A stretch of 64,000 nucleotides of DNA from Escherichia coli (GCF_003334785.1 NZ_QOWV01000003.1); one strand, 5' to 3'; counted from the stretch's first letter, positions 54,517 through 63,098 are shown. Numbers and translations are program-made. The notes: generated by a model from the letters alone, not told the origin.

Positions 54517-56427
54517 ATGTCTCAGCGATATAAACTCTATCGTCGAACCAGCGGCATTTATGTTGTCCGCATTAGCATTCCCCAACGTTTTCGTCGATAC
54601 GCAGGACAGTGTGAGATTCACACTTCAACAGGCACTCACGATCTTCATGAAGCAAAGCAGAAGTCCGCGCTCCTGTTGGCGGTCTGGTATCAGACCTTAC
54701 AAGAGTATGAACAATTGGATTATCGAACTTTAAGTGACTGCGCCCCGCTGCTTGCTGGTGAGGGTATGATCTCGCTTTCTAACTTTGCTCAGTCAGTTGA
54801 GTTGCCTGTTGCGCAATTAATACAGGCGGTGATGAACCGTAATCTGCCCGTATTCTGGCTGGCGACGGGGCAGGCTGGCTTTTATGTTGCAGCGCTCTCT
54901 GAGGCTGAGCTAGACCCGCTTGATGGCAGTTACGTTCTTAATTATGGCGAAGAGAAGGGTATCGAGGGGGTTGCTAAAGGCTATCTGCAACTCACTGCGC
55001 AACCAGCACATTTACGTAACATTATTAGCGACGGTTATTCAGAAGCTTCGGTGTTCAAAACTGCCGGAAGCGACGCTAAAGGCGGTTGGTTTTTCACCTC
55101 CGGTTGGCCGGTAATTAAACCCGATACGCTTTTGATCAATAAAGTCCATGCAGAAAGCCTAAGGCTTGATTGGCTGGCTAAGACCACGCCTCCAGTCGCT
55201 AGTGTTCATCCTACCGTGCCTCTTGCCGCTCCTGCCCCTACTATCGATAACGAGTATGTTAATCGAAAGTATTACACTAAGAATCTGTCGTGGTTATGCT
55301 CTGAATATCTAAAGCATCGGCGCAAGGGCAAGGTATCGGAGTCGGCTATAAGTGATATCCGTAACTATTTCAGCTTTATGATCGAAGCGATGGGTGACAT
55401 TCAGTTGGAAGATTTTGATCGCGATTTCCTCCGGGCTTATGAGAGCAAACTGCGCACGATCCCAGCAAACCGTAATTTAGTCAAAGCTAAATATGGAGTG
55501 AAAACGCTGGATCAGTTAATCGCCAAAGCGGCAGAATGCGGCGATAAATTGATGACTGAGGAATCCGTTAGGAAGTATATCAACGGCATTTATGGTGCAA
55601 TGAAGTGGGCTGTTGCTGACGGTAAGCTACTGAAATCGCCATGCGAAAACTTTTTTCCATCCGATGATAAAGATGAGCGAGATCAGGATCACACTGACAT
55701 ATTTGAACCGCATGAAATTAAAGCGATTTTTTCGTTACCGTGGTTTGAGGCTGGAACTGTTGAACGCAATGCGCAAGGGCGATTCCATCAATATTGCCCG
55801 TTTAACTATTGGGCACCTTTGCTGGGCTTGATGACGGGGGCGCGAGTTAATGAAATCGCTCAGTTACTGCTGAGTGATGTTCTGGCAGACGACGGCGTCT
55901 ATTATTTGAACCTTGAAAGCGATAATGAAAGCGGAAAGAAACTCAAAAATGCTAATGCTCGCCGCAAGATTCCGCTCCATTCAAAGCTGATTAGTCTCGG
56001 TTTCATCGACTACGTGAACGCCTTAAAAGATGCAGGGTATACCCGTCTCTTCCCGGAGCTTAAACCACATAAAACAAAAGGCTATGGTAGGCCAGTTTCC
56101 GCATGGTTCAATGAATCGTTGCTTGCGGGGCGGTTGAAACTCGAGAGGAACAGAAGCAAATCTTTCCATTCTTTTCGCCACTCAGTTTCGACTTTGCTCA
56201 AGGAGAAGGGCGTTAGCTCAGAATTACGAGCGCAGCTACTTGGGCATGTGCGCGGCGAAACTGAAACGGAAGTGCGATATAGCAAAGACCTCAAACCAAT
56301 TCATATGATTGAAGTCGTGGAGAAAATTGATTTTTCGTTACCTGATATAGCGGAATTCAACATTCCTGACGGGCTGGATGCTGTCAGAGATGCGTTGCGA
56401 AGAAAGCGTGGCAAACAAACAGGTTGA
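54517..56427 (+). CDS. tyrosine-type site-specific integrase (636 aa, long N-terminal region)
   Basis: ATG 54517 after GAGG; C-terminal catalytic-core signatures (RRKIPLH, HSFRHS, LGH, EVRYSKD) 90 bp downstream of leuX. Confidence 0.85.
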   Translation: MSQRYKLYRRTSGIYVVRISIPQRFRRYAGQCEIHTSTGTHDLHEAKQKSALLLAVWYQTLQEYEQLDYRTLSDCAPLLAGEGMISLSNFAQSVELPVAQLIQAVMNRNLPVFWLATGQAGFYVAALSEAELDPLDGSYVLNYGEEKGIEGVAKGYLQLTAQPAHLRNIISDGYSEASVFKTAGSDAKGGWFFTSGWPVIKPDTLLINKVHAESLRLDWLAKTTPPVASVHPTVPLAAPAPTIDNEYVNRKYYTKNLSWLCSEYLKHRRKGKVSESAISDIRNYFSFMIEAMGDIQLEDFDRDFLRAYESKLRTIPANRNLVKAKYGVKTLDQLIAKAAECGDKLMTEESVRKYINGIYGAMKWAVADGKLLKSPCENFFPSDDKDERDQDHTDIFEPHEIKAIFSLPWFEAGTVERNAQGRFHQYCPFNYWAPLLGLMTGARVNEIAQLLLSDVLADDGVYYLNLESDNESGKKLKNANARRKIPLHSKLISLGFIDYVNALKDAGYTRLFPELKPHKTKGYGRPVSAWFNESLLAGRLKLERNRSKSFHSFRHSVSTLLKEKGVSSELRAQLLGHVRGETETEVRYSKDLKPIHMIEVVEKIDFSLPDIAEFNIPDGLDAVRDALRRKRGKQTG

Positions 56428-56559
56428 ATCAGTTACTATTCAGTTGAGTGATGCTTGAATGCGCTGGGACGCTTCCTGGCGCATTTTTTATTAAGGGTGG
56501 TGGATTTCATAGTGCTGAATTTGGAGACGCTCAAAACACGTTTGGTGAAACTTGATGAC

Positions 56560-56892
56560 CTACGATTGCACCCGCAGCCCTTCTACGCTTTCTGATGGTA
56601 GATTTATCACTGTTTTAATGCTGGCCTCTATGTTGCCAATGATGTCTTCGCGCGGGCCGCTGCGCCAGTCATCGCTTGCGTAAAAAGCGTCGAGAACCGT
56701 AGTCATGCTTTTAGGGCTGACAAAGGCGCGAATCAGGTAATAGCAGTCCGGGTCATGCAGAGAGTTACCAAACGAAACAACATCGATCCCGTGGCGTTGG
56801 TGTAGGGGAACACTGATTTCCTGCATAATGGCGTGAAAAGCGGCACCGCTGCCTTTGCGTAAGGTGTATTGCAGTATCTCGACGGTTCTCAA
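56560..56892 (-). CDS. small hypothetical alpha+beta protein (NIPSNAP/ABM-like by composition)
   Basis: 110-aa ORF from TTG 56892 with GGAG 7 nt upstream; MRTVEILQYTLRKGSGAAFHAIMQEISVPLHQRHGIDVVSFGNSLHDPDCYYLIRAF...; family assignment is recollection only. Confidence 0.45.
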   Translation of the reverse strand: MRTVEILQYTLRKGSGAAFHAIMQEISVPLHQRHGIDVVSFGNSLHDPDCYYLIRAFVSPKSMTTVLDAFYASDDWRSGPREDIIGNIEASIKTVINLPSESVEGLRVQS

Positions 56893-57897
56893 AGCATTAT
56901 CTCCGCGTCGCCTCTGGACGGCTCCCTTGTTGATAGCAATAAAGTAAACCGGACTGGGCCATGAAGCTACTGCTAATCAGACAGTCATCCGTAAGCAAAA
57001 GCTGCGATATGCGGTTCAAACGCGCTGTAAGGCTCTCTGGCGAGTGTTTTAAAGAAGGTAGTCGAAATCATGGTGCAGAATTCGCGGCGCTCTCATAGAG
57101 TGACTGGCGAAGCCAGTTGAAACAAGCGTAGCGGAGTTCGAGCAATCAATGAGAAATCTGGGCGAGCTTTAAGCTTTACCGCGCTTCTTAACTTTTGAGT
57201 CTGTTTGGCTCTATAAGGATAAGCCTGCCGCCGTGGAAATTTTCGGACGCTATGCCTGAGAGGGGCGCTTCCAAACCTAGGGCATCCACTTTTTCGCTCC
57301 CAACTTATCTGGCTGCATTTACACCGCGAACACGTTGAACGTTAGCAGCTTCTGGTTCGTATTTGGTTGTTACGCAGGAGAGGTAAAAACGGCAGGTTTA
57401 CTTTTGACGGCAACGCCATAAGACACCAAACAGCAGAGAAGTGTAATTGTTAAAAATGTTAAAACATAACTTGTTCTTTAAGATGTAAACCCTTCCTCGG
57501 GGGGGAAGCCGGACATATCAACCATAAGGCCATCTGAGAAGATAGCCTGTAGGTTGCTCGGTTCCCCTTGCCAGATGAAGATCAAGTCTTCCTCGTGGTG
57601 TGACGACCTTTCTTGAAAGATGCATTATGCGCAAAAGAAGCTACTCAAGAATCCGCCGATAGCTACTTTCACCCTCTGCTTGGCTGCATCAAACGCTTGC
57701 GCGCCCTACCTACCACAATCAACGTTACGCAGAGTTCCCATCCTGACGTCTTCCGCTAAACAGCGGTGATCTCCACCTACCCGGACCGGTTTACCGCATG
57801 AGGTAGGTGTCAGGAGAGAAGCTAGCACACCATCATTTTAAAGAAAAGTCATATATATCATATGGCTGCGTTCATATTCTGAACGCAGTTATCGATG
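56893..57897. other. ~1 kb stretch with no ORF of 60 aa or more on either strand (possible decayed coding DNA or structured RNA)
   Basis: Six-frame track is empty here; manual minus-strand translation gives short protein-like stop-free runs in shifting frames; 9-bp inverted repeat CTGCGTTCA-tattc-TGAACGCAG at 57863-57885. Confidence 0.5.
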
Positions 57898-58364
57898 TTA
57901 ACCTAAAGGTATGAGAACACTGTCGTTTTTCATATACAAAGGGTGCTTCGGCTCACCTGTAGCGTTTAAGACGAAGCACATTGTGCTCTCTGGCAATAGC
58001 TGTCGGACGGTCGTTGAGCGTTTGAGGTGTCTTCCTTCATTTCCCCATGCGGCGACAACCAGTCCGGCACCGCTAACAAGACGTATCAAGTGGCTATCGT
58101 TATCTTTGCCAATGGGATCAGACGCTTTCATCATTTCATGTCGCTGGGTGTGAACGAATGCGAACAGGTTGGCCATGTATACGCCACCGTAGCCCCAGCT
58201 TTTGGCAAACGATATGCAGCGGCTCAAGGTGCGATCATCCTTCTCAGCATCGGCGTATGAAGGGTTTAGCCCTATGAAAAGGGCATATGGTTTTGATTCG
58301 TCCCAGACTCGTGATAACGAGTAGCGATATTGACCGCACGGTGAAAAATCGCGTCTTTAATCAT
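57898..58364 (-). pseudogene. DUF1643-like gene with a frameshift in an A5 homopolymer
   Basis: ATG 58364 (AAGGA upstream) reads MIKDAIF, then the frame is lost at the A5 run 58344-58348; the neighbouring frame continues ...SPCGQYRYSLSRVWDESKPYALFIGLNPSYADAEKDDRTLSRCISFAKSWGYGGVYMANLFAF...AAWGN... to stop at 57898. Confidence 0.6.
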
Positions 58365-58435
58365 TTCGGTTGTCCTTATGAAGTGATGGTTTCAGCCTAA
58401 CATGTCTTTATCCGTTTTAAGCGCCAACAAACGAC

Positions 58436-58534
58436 CGTTTTCTGGCACCTCCCAATCGCACGCTTTCACACTGTTGGAAAAATAGCCTTGGCTTTTCTGG
58501 CAGGCCATCCTAATGTTGGCCTCGTTTTCTGGCA
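58436..58534. promoter_or_regulatory. three direct repeats of CGTTTTCTGGCA upstream of the serine recombinase
   Basis: cgttttctggca 58436-58447, cttttctggca 58492-58502, cgttttctggca 58523-58534, plus partial ccgttttaagcgcc 58412-58425; gGTTTTC core resembles Hin/Gin-type half-sites. Confidence 0.5.
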
Positions 58535-58556
58535 GGGGTCAGATGGGGAGATAACA

Positions 58557-59117
58557 ATGGCAACTTTTGGCTACGGACGTGTTTCGACATCGCAGCAGGA
58601 TACTGAGAACCAACGGCTGGAGCTTGGGCAGGCTGGGTGGCAAATTGATTACTGGTTTGCCGATGTTGTTAGCGGGAAGGTTCCGGCAATGCAACGTAAA
58701 GCATTTTCTGAAATGCTCAATAAAATCCGCGATGGTGAAACGTTGGTGGTAGCGAAGCTTGATCGTCTGGGGCGTGATGCGATTGACGTCTTGCAAACGG
58801 TAAGGGCGCTGGCTGACCGTAATATCAAGGTTCTTGTCCACCAGCTTGGTAACACAGATCTCACTTCTGCCGCTGGGAAGTTGCTATTATCTATGCTCGC
58901 CGCGGTTGCGGAGATGGAGCGTGATCTGCTGATTGAGCGCACTCAGGCGGGACTATCACGAGCAAAAGCCGAAGGTAAGAAATTGGGCAGACCTCCTAAA
59001 ATCGCGTCAGAAGCCCGTAGAGAGATTTTAGAGAAAAAGAATAGCGGTTTGAGTATCAGTGCGTTAGCGCGTCAATATGGCGTTTCAAGAGCGACTGTAG
59101 CAGCTATTACCGATTGA
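58557..59117 (+). CDS. serine recombinase (resolvase/invertase family)
   Basis: ATG 58557 after GGGGAG; MATFGYGRVSTSQQDTENQ... (catalytic Ser), GETLVVAKLDRLGRD, AEMERDLLIERTQAGL, C-terminal HTH GRPPK...; similar to recalled Hin MATIGYIRVST. Confidence 0.9.
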   Translation: MATFGYGRVSTSQQDTENQRLELGQAGWQIDYWFADVVSGKVPAMQRKAFSEMLNKIRDGETLVVAKLDRLGRDAIDVLQTVRALADRNIKVLVHQLGNTDLTSAAGKLLLSMLAAVAEMERDLLIERTQAGLSRAKAEGKKLGRPPKIASEARREILEKKNSGLSISALARQYGVSRATVAAITD

Positions 59118-59130
59118 ATATGGAGAGTTT

Positions 59131-59976
59131 ATGGCTTACACAGCAACTGTTATCCCTGTAATGATTGCTTCTCCTGGTGATGTCGCTGAAGAGAGACAAG
59201 TCATTCGTGAAATGATCCATGAGTGGAATGATATAAATTCAGCTCGTTCAAAAGTAATGTTGACACCAATTGGATGGGAAACTCATACATCACCCGAATT
59301 AGGAGTTAGGCCTCAGGAGTTGATTAATCAAAGATTATTAGTAGATTGTGATTTATTAATCGGTGTGTTTTGGACTCGTCTAGGCTCACCGACTGGGAAC
59401 GAGGCCAGCGGAACAGTCGAAGAAATCCACCGTCATTTGAATGCGGGAAAACCGGCAATGATTTACTTTTCCTCAAAGCCTGTTGCCCCTGAAAGCCTTG
59501 ATAGAGAACAATATGAGTCTCTTAAATTGTTCAAAACTGAGTGCATGCAAAAGGGATTGATAGAGTCTTTTAATGACTTATCTGATTTCAAAGAAAAAGT
59601 CCGTAGGCAACTTTCGATAATTATTTCTAGTAGCCCTTATTTGTCTTCTCTTATATCTACCATTAACAATTCTCCTGATGCGAATACAAGTCAATCTTTG
59701 CCAGAAAGTAATTTGTCCGCCGATGCACTCAGTTTGCTGAAATTAGCATGTGTCGATGATAGCGGAACAATTTATGTGATAAGGCATTTAGGTGGCACGG
59801 ATATTCAAGCGGGAAATCAATCCTTTGGTGGAAGTTCGGCTAGAGAGGTAGCCCGTTGGGAGGGCGCACTTAACGAACTGTTATCCTTTGATTTTGTGAT
59901 TGAAAGAGGGGCAAAAGGACAAATGTATTATGTTACTCATAAAGGCTGGACATTTCTTGAATCTTTAAATGAATAA
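59131..59976 (+). CDS. hypothetical protein with N-terminal DUF4062/TIR-like Rossmannoid domain and unknown C-terminal domain
   Basis: ATG 59131 after GGAGAG, 13 bp downstream of the recombinase stop; N-terminus VIPVMIASPGDVAEERQVIRE...DCDLLIGVFWTRLGSP...GTVEEIHRHLNAGKPAMIYF fits the remembered DUF4062 pattern; Ser-rich linker; about 110-aa C-terminal domain. Confidence 0.75.
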   Translation: MAYTATVIPVMIASPGDVAEERQVIREMIHEWNDINSARSKVMLTPIGWETHTSPELGVRPQELINQRLLVDCDLLIGVFWTRLGSPTGNEASGTVEEIHRHLNAGKPAMIYFSSKPVAPESLDREQYESLKLFKTECMQKGLIESFNDLSDFKEKVRRQLSIIISSSPYLSSLISTINNSPDANTSQSLPESNLSADALSLLKLACVDDSGTIYVIRHLGGTDIQAGNQSFGGSSAREVARWEGALNELLSFDFVIERGAKGQMYYVTHKGWTFLESLNE

Positions 59977-60036
59977 TTAAATGCGAGGTCATTACATAAG
60001 TTTATTTTTGATGTTAGGGTGAATTCCCTCACATTT

Positions 60037-60531
60037 TTATTCGAAAGAGGCCGCAATGACTTCTCCTGTTTTTGCGTTGAAAACACAAAAGTATTGAAGC
60101 GGAGCTAGCATCCCCAAGCTGTTAACTACCTTAGCTTGTTGCCCAAATGCCTGAATAATCTTCGCGTTCTCATCGTGCCAGAGATAAGTATTAAATACAG
60201 GCGCTTCGCTTTCTTGCCACACATGGCGAAACTTCGCTTTCTCATCCATTACCTTTTTGCACTCCCTGACCGGGTTATGGTGCGTTTTCGCATAGCATTC
60301 CGGGTTGTCATCTGCACATACGATATCTTTTCGTGCTGTCTGATGCTCAGCACCTACAGCAGAAAAGGCGCATACGCCCAGCACCAATGAGAGAGTGCCC
60401 AGAGCACCCCATACAGTTGCGCGTAGCGTGCTGATGTGCTGCTTTGATACAGCATGGGCAACTACACTATAACTGGCCCAGCTAATCGCGGCTCCCGCTG
60501 CAATCGGTAATAAAAAGTCTGCTCCCGTCAT
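60037..60531 (-). CDS. small membrane protein: two N-terminal TM helices plus Cys-containing soluble domain
   Basis: ATG 60531 after GAGGGA; MTGADFLLPIAAGAAISWASYSVVAHAV...WGALGTLSLVLGVCAFSAV...; convergent with the DUF4062-like gene, divergent from the XRE gene. Confidence 0.65.
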   Translation of the reverse strand: MTGADFLLPIAAGAAISWASYSVVAHAVSKQHISTLRATVWGALGTLSLVLGVCAFSAVGAEHQTARKDIVCADDNPECYAKTHHNPVRECKKVMDEKAKFRHVWQESEAPVFNTYLWHDENAKIIQAFGQQAKVVNSLGMLAPLQYFCVFNAKTGEVIAASFE

Positions 60532-60771
60532 GATTCCCTCACTTTCCAAACCACATCGCGCCTGATAGCGAACGCTGGTGACGCCCAACCGATGATGATC
60601 ATCATACTTGTTGGGTTTTAAATGTCACCATTGGTGTTTGTTTTGAATCAAAAAGGATTGTCATGATACAGCCGATGAATGCTAGTGACTAAGCTCGCTG
60701 AAGTGAGATTGGATTCAAAATATCTCATATGGAGCGTGGCCTTACAGTGGTCAAAATTGCACATTCAGTGC

Positions 60772-61236
60772 ATGAAAAAATCCCTGAGAATACAGTTTGG
60801 CGAGCGGGTAAAAGAACTGCGCATTGCCACCGGATTGAGCCAAGAGGCCTTTGCCGATCGGTGCGGGTTTGCACGTAGTTATATGAGCAGAATTGAACGT
60901 GGTGGCTCTAATGCGTCTCTGGATGCGATTGAGGTGCTGGCTAACGCTCTGAGCGTTGAGCCGTGGCAGTTGTTAGCGCCTGGCCCATCTGAAGATAACG
61001 ACTCGGAACTGTTGGTTCCATACGCAGCCGATGGTTCCTGTTTTCACCCCGGTTTGGCGAGCACCCGTGATGGTTCGTTTGGCGTAGGTGATAAAGCGGC
61101 TCAGAAGCGTTTTGGCACGTTTGCTGAAGCTCTTGAGTATCTTCGTAGCATGGAGACAGCAAAATGGCGTAGGCCTAATCCTAGCGGCAACTGGGGTATC
61201 GTATCAGCGGTTCGGTGGGACAAACTGAGAAAGTAG
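60772..61236 (+). CDS. XRE-family HTH transcriptional regulator with uncharacterized C-terminal domain
   Basis: MKKSLRIQFGERVKELRIATGLSQEAFADRCGFARSYMSRIERGGSNASLDAIEVLANAL (HTH_3-like) then about 90 aa of unknown domain; start taken at ATG 60772; the track begins at an upstream ATG at 60679. Confidence 0.75.
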   Translation: MKKSLRIQFGERVKELRIATGLSQEAFADRCGFARSYMSRIERGGSNASLDAIEVLANALSVEPWQLLAPGPSEDNDSELLVPYAADGSCFHPGLASTRDGSFGVGDKAAQKRFGTFAEALEYLRSMETAKWRRPNPSGNWGIVSAVRWDKLRK

Positions 61237-61715
61237 CTCAAGTGTAAGTTTATGAATTTTTATGCTGTATGGATGAACAGTATTCATTAGATGCTGATAG
61301 TCTTATGTTTCATCAGCCCTTTGTTTCTATAAGAGTGAATAAAACAGCAAAATGCGGGTGCGTTACGGTGGCGTTTCGCTTTGGCTCTTAATGGCTTAAT
61401 TCATATAAATAACATTGAGTTAAATAGTTATTCTGAACAAGGTCTGCCGGGGTCTAACTGGTTTCAAAATCCGAACGCAGTGGCGTTTATTCAACGTCCA
61501 CATAGCTGACAAATGTTCTTTCCTCCCGACTCGGCAGACCTCCAGAAACATTAAAAGGCAGGTATGGCACGTTGATGTTTTATGCCGCCACGAACACTCG
61601 GTTTGATTCCGTCCAGCGGATCAAACTTAATATGTAGCCCCTAGAACAAAAAGGTCCTACGATTGCTCTCTTAACAGCTAACAGGAACGTGATTACAGCA
61701 GGTTATAGAGACTTA

Positions 61716-61743
61716 GGTTCGAGTCCGGCCTTCGGCACCAAGT
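61716..61743. repeat. right direct repeat (attR-like), 28-bp copy of the leuX 3' end
   Basis: ggttcgagtccggccttcggcaccaagt, identical to 54402-54429; upstream sequence does not match the tRNA body. Confidence 0.9.
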
Positions 61744-62273
61744 TACTAAATTCCTTACAATACAGTTGGTTAGACGATTAAATCTGTCTCTTTTGCCTGT
61801 AAGAAATGCTCTGTTATGTCCCTTGAAAAAGCCGCTGTGGTTGATAGTGGTAATTGGGATGTTAACTCATAGCGGCGTGTCGTTCCAAGCGTCAAACACG
61901 TACTGACTCAACTTGAAAGCTATGACGTAGCCACCGTCTCTAAACAATCCCAAAACTTTTAGTGCAGCGCATTTTAGCCCGATGCCCCCATTCTGTCGCC
62001 GTCGCGAGACGCCGCAGGGGATAAACAGGTTTATGGTGGTCACGGTACTTGCAGACCATATGCAAGCTCTGCCAGCGGTTCGGCCTCGCTCCCCTTGGGT
62101 ACATGGTCATCCTGATAAGCCTCACTAACTGACATAACCCTGATGAAGTCGCAAGAGGCTCCGCTTGTTGTCTTACCACCAACGGGGCTTTATGGATTCT
62201 ATTGCTTAATATATGATTGTATCAAACTTAGACTGCATAATTTAAACGAACATAACAATCAGGCAGGGGAAGA

Positions 62274-63098
62274 ATGATAAAGCCATTTTCTGTGAGGTAT
62301 GGTCATGTTGACGTTAGAGAGCATGTCCAGCTGAATGATCTTAATTCTGATACACGCATGGCATTGTGGAATTGCTTATATCTTTTCCTTTGGACTAACA
62401 ATCGTCAAACTGCTACAGCAACAAAATGTGCGCAGTCTGTGTGGATATATTATCTAAATCAACCTGCGGATAATATTCCTCGTTATGAAAGTGGATACAA
62501 AAGTGATAAGACGTTGCTGACTGCTATCCGAGATTATATATATGGGGAAGCATGGTATTTGGTATATGATTTAATTGAGTTCATCATTGAGAGAACTAAT
62601 TCATATATTAATCTATCGAAGCATCTCAATTCCATCTTTAAAAAGCATGGCGTTGGTTATACCATAATAAATGGTTGTATTACTCCTATTTCAAATGATA
62701 ACGAAATTGAAAGTGTTCAGAACGCAGTTGATAATGGCACTGATTCATCGCGTAGCCATTTCGAAAGGGCGTTACAACTAATGACGGATAGAGAGCAGCC
62801 AGACTACAGAAACTCGATTAAAGAGTCTATCTCTGCAATTGAATCTTTATGCAGGAAAATCACGGGCAATGATAAAGGAACCTTGGGGGCTTGTCTTAAA
62901 GCTATAGAGGAAAAAGGATATATACACTCTGCAATGAAAGGCGCTTTTAGTCAGCTCTATGGTTATACAAGTGATCAGGGTGGAATACGTCATGCGCTAA
63001 CAGAAGAAGATGTAAATCCTACCTTAGCTGAAGCTAAATTTATGTTAGTCACTTGCAGTGCGTTCAGTAATTATCTGTTGTCAAAAATAAGTGATTAA
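62274..63098 (+). CDS. hypothetical protein, AbiJ/HEPN-like (candidate abortive-infection protein)
   Basis: ATG 62274 after GCAGGGGAAG; 274 aa, AT-rich; C-terminal ...ESISAIESLCRKITGNDKGTLGACLKAIEEKGYIHSAMKGAFSQLYGYTSDQGGIRHALTEEDV... reminiscent of AbiJ-type HEPN; assignment from memory. Confidence 0.6.
   Translation: MIKPFSVRYGHVDVREHVQLNDLNSDTRMALWNCLYLFLWTNNRQTATATKCAQSVWIYYLNQPADNIPRYESGYKSDKTLLTAIRDYIYGEAWYLVYDLIEFIIERTNSYINLSKHLNSIFKKHGVGYTIINGCITPISNDNEIESVQNAVDNGTDSSRSHFERALQLMTDREQPDYRNSIKESISAIESLCRKITGNDKGTLGACLKAIEEKGYIHSAMKGAFSQLYGYTSDQGGIRHALTEEDVNPTLAEAKFMLVTCSAFSNYLLSKISD

Larger units (their letters stand above)
54430..61743. mobile_element. ~7.3 kb leuX-integrated genomic island (integrase + cargo, direct-repeat bounded)
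   Basis: tRNA 3' end, adjacent tyrosine integrase, cargo genes absent from the K-12 layout, second 28-bp copy of the tRNA 3' end at the right edge. Confidence 0.8.

Noticed and set aside
56893-57897. Retron or group II intron RNA in the ORF desert
   Set aside because: No reverse transcriptase ORF nearby and no recognisable domain V-like motif; decayed coding DNA is at least as likely.
54430-61743. P4-like satellite or PICI identity for the leuX island
   Set aside because: No psu, sid, delta, alpha-primase or capsid-redirecting genes, and the integrase is far larger than P4-type enzymes.
61650-61745. Possible second tRNA gene near the island right end
   Set aside because: Only the terminal 28 nt match the leuX 3' end; the upstream sequence cannot form a tRNA cloverleaf, so it is an att repeat.
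61940-62182. 80-aa minus-strand ORF between attR and the AbiJ-like gene
   Set aside because: No RBS, unusual composition, and it sits in an apparently non-coding remnant.
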